The position numbers and the translations under genes were made by a program. DNA of 32,000 nt, taken from Candidatus Saccharimonadota bacterium (lineage in GTDB: Bacteria; Bacteroidota; Bacteroidia; Cytophagales; Amoebophilaceae). Below are positions 9,992-16,912 of the stretch, one piece after another (positions within the stretch are counted from its first letter, which is position 1; every line of letters begins with the position of its first letter). The stretch is taken from the NCBI RefSeq assembly GCF_965196625.1, contig NZ_OZ239769.1, positions 1,126,290 to 1,158,289 of the forward strand. Reading direction: 5' to 3'. Under the pieces are notes generated by a model. The model saw nothing but the letters and a program-made list of their open reading frames with translations. It ran no database searches and was not told where the DNA came from.

Positions 9992-11830
9992 CTATCCTAC
10001 TTCTTGAAAATAACCGATAGGATTAATAGTAAAATTTCTACGTGGCATCACTTTAAAGGTATGTTCTTCATCGAGTTGATGTATTTCAATAGCTGCTTCT
10101 GTAATATTGAGCTTTCCAGGATCATATTTTAAGGCTACGAATACTTTTTTATAGCATGTATTGAAGGGCATACTGTAATCTTTATCGTAGATTTGCTGTA
10201 AAGCTTCTGAAACGGGTTTGCCTACTTTTAACTCAAAAATATAAACGGTATTTTGTCCATTGTACTGATCTTCCATAACAATATCTGTACGGCCTATTCC
10301 ACTATCTCTTTCCGCGCTAGCATGGATATCTTGCGTTGTATGGAAGGCACCATTGAGAAACACATACAAAGTACCTTGAAAGCTTTTTTCAGTTTTATCC
10401 AAGAAACGGTAACCCGCTTTGGCTAAACAATCGCTTCGAATGATGTTAAGAAAAGAAACCCATGCTTCGTTTCTTAAAGAATTTAGAATAGAGGTGCTAT
10501 ATGCCTTTCCTACTTCTTGTTGCGCTTGAACGATAAAATCAGATAATATAAGCTTTAAAGAAGATTTTACTTCTTGGTTGGGAAACTTTAAATAGTAAGT
10601 CAGGTTATTTTTATTTTGTACATGAGATGGATCAAGATCCATCGTAAGGTATCCCGTTTGGTACATCAAAGGCAGTAAAGGCATTTCATGGGGAGAGGGA
10701 TGTACGAGCTTAAATCTGATTTTATCAATTGGGAAACTGCATTGATCCCAATCCACGTTAAACCGATGTATATTTTGCTTCATTTGTTGCAATAAGATGG
10801 TAAGACTGCCCGAGTTAAACCAAGAATTCTCAAAATCTTTTGCATAAAAGAATCTTAGTATAGAGTCTGGATTATAAACACTTACCATTTTATCAGCTGT
10901 AAAACAATAACCATTATAATAATCCTTTAACTCGTTTTTTATTTGAATAAGTGCGTACTGTGCTTCCTGAGTATTGTTTCTATTAAGTTTTTCAAGTACT
11001 GGATTAATAATTGTTTCTTTACTAAGAAAAAGTTTTTCAATATCCTCTTCTGTATAGCCTAACATTGCTGCATAATCCTCATGGAAGGATATGTCATTGG
11101 CTGAATTCGCTCCTGAAGTAAGCCCAGATAAATGAAATTTTGTTACACCTGTTACAAAAATAAATTTACAATCCTTCTGACGACCTTTTAAAACTTTGAA
11201 AAATGAACTAAGAACAGAAAGGACATCTTCGTATTGCTCTTCTTTACAAGAAATTAATGGGCTATCATATTCATCGATTAAGACAATAGGTTGTCTGGCA
11301 TAACTGCTATCATCTGAAAAATTGATTAAATAATTAAACAAATCCAGAAAATAAGACTGTATAGAATCCTTACCAGTAGGCTGAGGCAGCTTATCTTCTA
11401 TGTTATACGCTTCAGCAACTCTATAGAAGTATTTTTTAAGATCTTCTTCCAATAAATTAGGTTCTTTAGAAACTAGCTCCGAGAAATTCAACCAAACAAC
11501 TGGATATTTTTTCCACTTATAGGTTTTGTCTGCATAAATCGCACACTCCTTAAACAAAGACTTATTGCCTTGTGCTATTTGATCTATGGTATCTAATAGA
11601 AGCGATTTGCCAAATCTGCGTGGCCTTGTAAAAAAATAATAAGTACCCTCATCCTCAAAAAGTTTAGAGATATAATCCGTTTTATCTGCATAAAAACCAG
11701 CATCTATCATCTGTTTAGCACTAGATTTGCCAATAGGAATGCGTACACCTCTGATAATAATGACCACTGGTCTTATGCTGCTTGAGTAGATACATAAAGA
11801 GCTTAGATGCCTACTACAAAAAAACGACAT
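9992..11830 (-). CDS. AAA-ATPase_like (PF09820-type) plus PD-(D/E)XK nuclease (PDDEXK_9-type) protein
   Basis: 612 aa. The N-terminus IPIGKSSAKQMIDAGFYADKTDYISKLF...FFTRPRRFGKSLLLD (Walker A-like) and VLIDEYD (Walker B-like) are typical. The C-terminus has GRTDIVM...YIFELKVGK (a D...ExK nuclease core). The start is ambiguous: the ATG at 11830 overlaps the upstream gene by 17 nt, while an in-frame GTG at 11767 would give the usual short N-terminus before the IPIG motif. Confidence 0.8.
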   Translation of the reverse strand: MSFFCSRHLSSLCIYSSSIRPVVIIIRGVRIPIGKSSAKQMIDAGFYADKTDYISKLFEDEGTYYFFTRPRRFGKSLLLDTIDQIAQGNKSLFKECAIYADKTYKWKKYPVVWLNFSELVSKEPNLLEEDLKKYFYRVAEAYNIEDKLPQPTGKDSIQSYFLDLFNYLINFSDDSSYARQPIVLIDEYDSPLISCKEEQYEDVLSVLSSFFKVLKGRQKDCKFIFVTGVTKFHLSGLTSGANSANDISFHEDYAAMLGYTEEDIEKLFLSKETIINPVLEKLNRNNTQEAQYALIQIKNELKDYYNGYCFTADKMVSVYNPDSILRFFYAKDFENSWFNSGSLTILLQQMKQNIHRFNVDWDQCSFPIDKIRFKLVHPSPHEMPLLPLMYQTGYLTMDLDPSHVQNKNNLTYYLKFPNQEVKSSLKLILSDFIVQAQQEVGKAYSTSILNSLRNEAWVSFLNIIRSDCLAKAGYRFLDKTEKSFQGTLYVFLNGAFHTTQDIHASAERDSGIGRTDIVMEDQYNGQNTVYIFELKVGKPVSEALQQIYDKDYSMPFNTCYKKVFVALKYDPGKLNITEAAIEIHQLDEEHTFKVMPRRNFTINPIGYFQEVG

Positions 11831-12107
11831 CCTCTAATACGGTATTAGGCATCGCCTCATGGAGCATCATCAGGATTTTATCCTTGTTAAACTTTAACTC
11901 ATGGCGCAAAGGCGCAGAAGTTATTTTTAAAAATATCTTGTTATGGTGGATATAAAGTTTTTCCGTTCTATCGCAAACCACTTTAGGCATGGTTGTTTGC
12001 CATACAGAACGCACCATAGCTGCTGTGAGTTGTTTCTGAAAAGGAGAAGTTTCAAGAAACCTGTTGACCAATTCTTTAAGGCTTTTTGTCTGATGGGAAT
12101 CATGCAT
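11814..12107 (-). CDS. DUF721 (DciA-like) domain protein
   Basis: 97 aa. Its size and pattern (..LKELVNRFLE....Q..L....V...W.......V...T..L.....K.FL.I.S.PLRHEL.F.KDKIL.MLHE) match Bacteroidota DUF721 proteins as I recall them. Confidence 0.65.
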   Translation of the reverse strand: MHDSHQTKSLKELVNRFLETSPFQKQLTAAMVRSVWQTTMPKVVCDRTEKLYIHHNKIFLKITSAPLRHELKFNKDKILMMLHEAMPNTVLEDVVFL

Positions 12108-12178
12108 AATGTATAATATTTTAAAATAGTATCTATTTAGTATGTGTTCATAACACTGGTAAAAAAGGAATTTTTAAT

Positions 12179-12206
12179 GTTACTTTTTGCTTGATAAAAA
12201 AGTAAC
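12179..12206 (-). terminator. AT-rich hairpin between the lytic transglycosylase stop and the DUF721 start
   Basis: GTTACTTTTT (12179-12188) pairs perfectly with AAAAAGTAAC (12197-12206) across an 8-nt loop. There is no separate U-tract outside the stem, so terminator function is uncertain. Confidence 0.25.
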
Positions 12207-12221
12207 CAAAAAGCCTTCTAA

Positions 12222-13589
12222 CTACTGCGCATTTAAAGCAGCATCTACATTATAATATTCCACTGGAATCGTACGGGGTCTAATAAACCGCAACCATAGT
12301 ACGCGCCCTTTTTCCAACGGTTCTACTGCTTGCATGCGGTTTTTTGCCAAAAGAGCAGACTGCTTCATACCATACTGTTGTGCAATCCCCCATATATCCT
12401 CTCCTAATGCTACCACATGGTAGTGTGTGCCGCCTTTACTACCTTTTAAGCTATAATAATATACAGCCCCTGGCACCAGTTGGTGATTTTTTTTAATCTC
12501 ATTGATAAGAAGAAACTTATCTATACCTACGTTGACCAACTTTGCTAAGTAGGGAATGGTATCTCCTTTTTTTGCTACAATAGCCAATCTTCCATTGACT
12601 TTAGCCAATCTGGCAGAACGGGCATCTTTTAAAGCAGTAATGGCAGGAAAGGTAGACTTTATATATTTTGCATAATCTATACGATTGGGTTGAGTAAGCT
12701 GCTTTCCAGCTACGGTTTGTTTTTGTGCGCGGTTTCTTAATGGTAGCTTTAACACAGGATGGATATGCGCATGAGTATGAAGGAATGGCACCAACAAAGA
12801 ACACTTTGTACCATGGGGTACCACATCGGTCCTAAGCCACCGATTGTGCTCGTATAATAACTTTTCTTCTATTTTTAAGTGCGCAGCAATATTTTCCAAT
12901 CTTTGGCCATGGTGGCCTTGCTTATAGACAAATAGTTTCAATTTTGAATGTTTTTTTTTCCCAGCGACCTTGCCAAATGCTACCTTAGTAGCTATAACAG
13001 AAATGACGTAATGATCGGTCTTATCATCCAATCGTACTACTTTGGCACCATAATCTTTTTTAGGAAAAATCTTTACTGCCCCTGCTCTACCCCTATTATA
13101 AGCCAGTAGTGCGCCTAGCCAGCTGTCAAAATATTGGTTATGGATTTTTAAAAAACGAGCAGCCGCTTTTGTAGACTGAATTAAATGCATGCGTTCATCT
13201 ACAAGGTGATCTATCGTTAAGCGTAAGCCCAAACCAGTTGCCTTTTGAATTTGCCAAAAGCCCACATCTGCGGTATGACTTACTGCATGCCCTACGAGCA
13301 TACTTTCATGCACCGCTTGGAATTTAAAATCATCTGGCACATTTTCATCGGCTAAGATTTTCTCTATAAATGGAAAAAAAAGATGGGTTCGTTCTAATAT
13401 TTGATTAAATAGCTTTTGTGATCGGGTCAACTGGTTTACTTTTTCTTGCACACGCTTACGGGCACCGCGTGTAAGCTTTAACTGTATGTTTGCAAACCGA
13501 ACTACTTCTGGTACAACGATTGATTGGGATACCTCAACCGCCCATCCACTGAATGGTACCAATGCAATCACAAAAAAAAACCAACGCAT
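12222..13589 (-). CDS. Lytic murein transglycosylase (SLT domain) with C-terminal LysM repeats, MltD-like
   Basis: 455 aa. It has a signal peptide (MRWFFFVIALVPFSGWA), an SLT catalytic region (FQAVHESML..SHTADVGFWQIQKATG..LLAYNRG) and two LysM-like segments (GDTIPYLAKLVNVGIDKFLLINEI; HVVALGEDIWGIAQQYGMKQSALLAKNRM). Confidence 0.8.
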   Translation of the reverse strand: MRWFFFVIALVPFSGWAVEVSQSIVVPEVVRFANIQLKLTRGARKRVQEKVNQLTRSQKLFNQILERTHLFFPFIEKILADENVPDDFKFQAVHESMLVGHAVSHTADVGFWQIQKATGLGLRLTIDHLVDERMHLIQSTKAAARFLKIHNQYFDSWLGALLAYNRGRAGAVKIFPKKDYGAKVVRLDDKTDHYVISVIATKVAFGKVAGKKKHSKLKLFVYKQGHHGQRLENIAAHLKIEEKLLYEHNRWLRTDVVPHGTKCSLLVPFLHTHAHIHPVLKLPLRNRAQKQTVAGKQLTQPNRIDYAKYIKSTFPAITALKDARSARLAKVNGRLAIVAKKGDTIPYLAKLVNVGIDKFLLINEIKKNHQLVPGAVYYYSLKGSKGGTHYHVVALGEDIWGIAQQYGMKQSALLAKNRMQAVEPLEKGRVLWLRFIRPRTIPVEYYNVDAALNAQ

Positions 13590-13649
13590 AGATCAAAATC
13601 ATTTGTAAATGAATCTCTTATCTCACTGCATGCTTTTTTCACCTTTGCC

Positions 13650-15470
13650 TCATCTAGATTTAAAGAGCGGCGATAATTGAGCAGGAGCCAAATGCTGCTT
13701 TACCATGTAGTAGTTGTTAGAGGTATTCCAGAGTAAAAAGCCTGAACCCTTTGAACCATAGACACCTGCTATTTGCGCTTTCATATAATTACAATAGGTC
13801 TCTTCTGAGAAATTTCGCTCAGATCCCAACAGGAAGGCTTGAATGTACTGACGAATAAAAGTTTGTTCTTTTGTGTAGAAAGCAGCACGATCCGAACCTA
13901 CTTTATAGAGCACATTGGCCTTTTTTAGGTATGGAATAGCCCCCAAAAATGCAGCGTGGTAGTGCGAAGGATAGGTCATGGGAGAAAGCGCATCCACATA
14001 AAGCGCCAACCGCTGGATATTCTGCCCAAGCGCATTGGTTAAAAACCAGCCATTGTAGCCAAATACGTTCACAGAAATAGGTACAGTCAAGACCTCACGC
14101 GCCCTCCTTAAGAAGGACTCTAAGGCATCTACCGCCCTCATTTCATAGCTGTTATAACGACAGGAAATGGTATGAAGCGGCCCATCAGAAGGCAATCGAA
14201 TGTAGTCAAATTGAATCTCATCAACACCTAGAGATTGCAATTCTTGGGCAATTTGAAGGTTGTACGCCCAAACTTCAGGTGAAAATAGATTTACCCAGTA
14301 TTCTTGTTGCACCAGCTTCCCTTTACGATTTTTTATAAAATGCGCCCATGGTGTATTCCTTTTTTTATCCCATAATGCATAGCGATGGTTGGCGTAACAG
14401 TATAGTTTTTCATCCTTAAAAAGCACAAGACGCGCAATCAAGTGAATGTTTAACTCATCTGCTAAGGTGCGAATCGCTTTTATATCTAGAATAGGACGGA
14501 TCGCCTTGGCCGCGCGCGCCATTTTAACCTGAGTATTATAGGTAATACAGCCAAAGTCATCTTTGAAGTCAATCACAACAGCATTCATGCCATGCTTTTT
14601 GATAAACAAAAAATGTTTGCGTAGGTCCTGTAGATTACTAGCGGTCCAAGCCGTTAAATAGATGCCTCTTTTGTCTGCTACCTTTTTTCGTCTATACTCA
14701 GCAAAACAAGGCTGAAAATTGATACGCAATAGCTTATTTTTCAACCACTTGTTGTTCAGATAGCGCCAAATAGCTGCTTGCGTTTGAGCGATCAACTCGA
14801 CATCTGAACCCACTTTAATCGCGGATAGGGAAACAATGCCATCTGACACGGGCAGGGATGCCATAGGTTCAATAAAACCGGTCTTGATGTGCAATAAGGC
14901 TATTTTCCCATAAGGGCCATAGGCAAAATACACTTTACCAGGATCCAAAGGATCATAGGTGATATCATTAATCGTTTCATAATAACAGCCACCAAAGCAA
15001 AAACCTTTTAGCGCTATAGGTATAGCGCTCCAACTTTTCCCTCCATTTCGTGTGATATACAAACCATTATAAGAAGTGCCAACAACCCATTCATCCGGGT
15101 TTGCTTCTGAAATAGCTGCTGAGGTAAAATAGGACAAATGGGAGATCTCATTTCTACCCGTTGCCAATATAAAAGTCTCCCCCCCATCTTGCGATAGAAA
15201 TATTTCATCACCTGTTGTTACAACAACCTGTTCAGGCCTAGCCAGGGTAGTTGCAACAGCGGTAAGTGGGCTTTTTTCCATCTGCTTAAAGGGATAGATC
15301 CAACGCAAACGCAAACCCTCCCCTTTCGCAAGCACCCACCGCTCCGAAACCCTTTTTTCCAGTGCGCCCAGGGAGCTTAATCGATAGCTACCCATACCAG
15401 AAGCCCACAAAAATGTGTTTTTAAAGAGCAGAACAATACATACAACTACCCCGAACCCTGCTTTGTACAT
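13650..15470 (-). CDS. Putative glycoside hydrolase (DUF4015/PF13200-type TIM barrel) with an N-terminal BNR/Asp-box repeat region
   Basis: 606 aa with a signal peptide. Asp-box-like motifs SQDGGETF and TRNGGKSW are present. The C-terminal half has GIYLTAWTA..MNAVVIDFKDDFG..IARLVLFKD..GVDEIQFDYIRLP, which I recall as characteristic of DUF4015. Confidence 0.6.
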   Translation of the reverse strand: MYKAGFGVVVCIVLLFKNTFLWASGMGSYRLSSLGALEKRVSERWVLAKGEGLRLRWIYPFKQMEKSPLTAVATTLARPEQVVVTTGDEIFLSQDGGETFILATGRNEISHLSYFTSAAISEANPDEWVVGTSYNGLYITRNGGKSWSAIPIALKGFCFGGCYYETINDITYDPLDPGKVYFAYGPYGKIALLHIKTGFIEPMASLPVSDGIVSLSAIKVGSDVELIAQTQAAIWRYLNNKWLKNKLLRINFQPCFAEYRRKKVADKRGIYLTAWTASNLQDLRKHFLFIKKHGMNAVVIDFKDDFGCITYNTQVKMARAAKAIRPILDIKAIRTLADELNIHLIARLVLFKDEKLYCYANHRYALWDKKRNTPWAHFIKNRKGKLVQQEYWVNLFSPEVWAYNLQIAQELQSLGVDEIQFDYIRLPSDGPLHTISCRYNSYEMRAVDALESFLRRAREVLTVPISVNVFGYNGWFLTNALGQNIQRLALYVDALSPMTYPSHYHAAFLGAIPYLKKANVLYKVGSDRAAFYTKEQTFIRQYIQAFLLGSERNFSEETYCNYMKAQIAGVYGSKGSGFLLWNTSNNYYMVKQHLAPAQLSPLFKSR

Positions 15471-15564
15471 TAATCAGACTAAGTATAAAATATAATAAAG
15501 GCAAGGGGCAATATAATAAAATTAATCTAAAACTTAGATCTATTCAGCGAACTGCTTACATATA

Positions 15565-15744
15565 AATGGCTGGTGTTTAGAGGAAACAAGTGTAATCCTG
15601 ATGAAACTGATCAAGGCAAGCCTACCAACCAGATTTTAGCCCAACCCAATCAGTTGTTTTTAGCTTAAAAAAAGTTAAATTTGTAAGATTATTTTCCCGT
15701 ATCAAACGGGGTACACGGATAACATATGGAAAGACGCATACATA
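15565..15744. repeat. Direct repeat copy R1 (180 bp), a duplicate of the PBP1A upstream region plus its first ~6 codons
   Basis: R1 aligns by eye to 16723-16912 with about 5 substitutions and one 10-bp indel. It contains a TAAATTTG box at 15676-15683 and an ATG at 15726. That frame (MERRIHTNEMQ...) diverges from PBP1A after ~6 codons and stops at 15810-15812. Confidence 0.9.
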
Positions 15745-15856
15745 CAAATGAAATGCAACTTAATGGAGTGGAAACCATATTGCCTTTACCAAATGATCTG
15801 GAGCACATCTAAGACATATTTATTTTGTTAAGTTAGTTAATAAGTTTTTAAGAAAA

Positions 15857-16738
15857 ATGGAAATAAGCCCTCTTTCTTATAAAGCCCTTTTGCTAGCTGG
15901 AGTATTATTAGCTGGTAATTGTGAAAGTTTAAGGGATGATGAACTATATAGGGATGATAAAAAATTACTATCTTTACTTAGGGGTAGAGATTCAGTCAGG
16001 AGCCAATTTGATTTTATTGAAGCTGATCAATTAAATTATACTTTTCAAGATGTAGCCGGAATGTCAGCGGCCAAGAAAGAGCTAAAAAACATAATAAACT
16101 TTTTGAAAACGCCTGAAGAATATGTCGAAATAGGTGCAAAGATTTCTAAAGGCATACTGCTTGAAGGTCCTCCAGGAACAGGGAAAACATCACTGGCCAG
16201 AGCGGTAGCTGGAGAAGCAGGTGTACCTTTTATTGCCTGTTCCGGAACAGCATTTTTGGCATCATATTGGGGGGAGAGTGAAAAGCTTATCCGTAATCTC
16301 TTTCAAAAAGCAAATGAGGTGGCTCCTTGTATTATTTTTATCGATGAAATAGATTCAATAGGTTCAAAACCTACTGATTCAAAAAATAGTAAGGATTCTA
16401 TACGGCTTGAGCTCATGAACCAAATGGATGGTTTTAATAAAAATTCTAGTGTGATTGTACTAGCTGCTACTAATAGAAAAGATTTACTAGATTCTGCACT
16501 GCTGCGCTCAGGAAGGTTTGATAGCAGTATCAGAGTAGGTAACCCAAATGCAGAGGATAGGGAGGCTATTATACAATACTATATTAAAAAGATAAAGACA
16601 GAAGGTCCTCTACAGGTTAATTTACTTGCAGCACGTACTCAAGACTTCTCTGGAGCTGATTTGGCTAATATGTGTAATAGGGCGGCTACAATAGCAGTTG
16701 AAGCAAAGAAGAAGAGCGTAACAATGGCTGGTGTTTAG
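15857..16738 (+). CDS. Single-module classic-clade AAA+ ATPase (FtsH/CDC48-like AAA domain only), C-terminally truncated at a repeat junction
   Basis: 293 aa. Motifs present are FQDVAGMSAAKKELKNIINFLKTPEEYVEIGAKISKGILLEGPPGTGKT (Walker A), CIIFIDEID (Walker B), ATNR (sensor 1) and LLRSGRFD (Arg fingers), plus FSGADLANMCNRAA (lid). There is no M41 protease domain. The last codons M-A-G-V-stop lie inside repeat R2. Confidence 0.85.
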   Translation: MEISPLSYKALLLAGVLLAGNCESLRDDELYRDDKKLLSLLRGRDSVRSQFDFIEADQLNYTFQDVAGMSAAKKELKNIINFLKTPEEYVEIGAKISKGILLEGPPGTGKTSLARAVAGEAGVPFIACSGTAFLASYWGESEKLIRNLFQKANEVAPCIIFIDEIDSIGSKPTDSKNSKDSIRLELMNQMDGFNKNSSVIVLAATNRKDLLDSALLRSGRFDSSIRVGNPNAEDREAIIQYYIKKIKTEGPLQVNLLAARTQDFSGADLANMCNRAATIAVEAKKKSVTMAGV

Positions 16739-16912
16739 AGGAAACAAGTGTAATCCTGATGAAACTGATCAAAGCAAGCCTACCAACCAGATTTTGGCCC
16801 AACCCAATCAGTTGTTTTATACTTTAATTAGCTTAAAAAAAGTTAAATTTATAAGATTATTTTCCCGTATCAAACGGGGTACACGGATAACATATGGAAA
16901 GGCTCATACATA
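16723..16912. repeat. Direct repeat copy R2 (190 bp), the native upstream region and 5' end of the PBP1A gene
   Basis: See R1. R2 carries an extra ATACTTTAAT relative to R1 and reads TAAATTTA (16844-16851) where R1 has TAAATTTG. It overlaps the last 16 nt of the AAA+ ORF and the first 19 nt of the PBP1A ORF. Confidence 0.9.
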
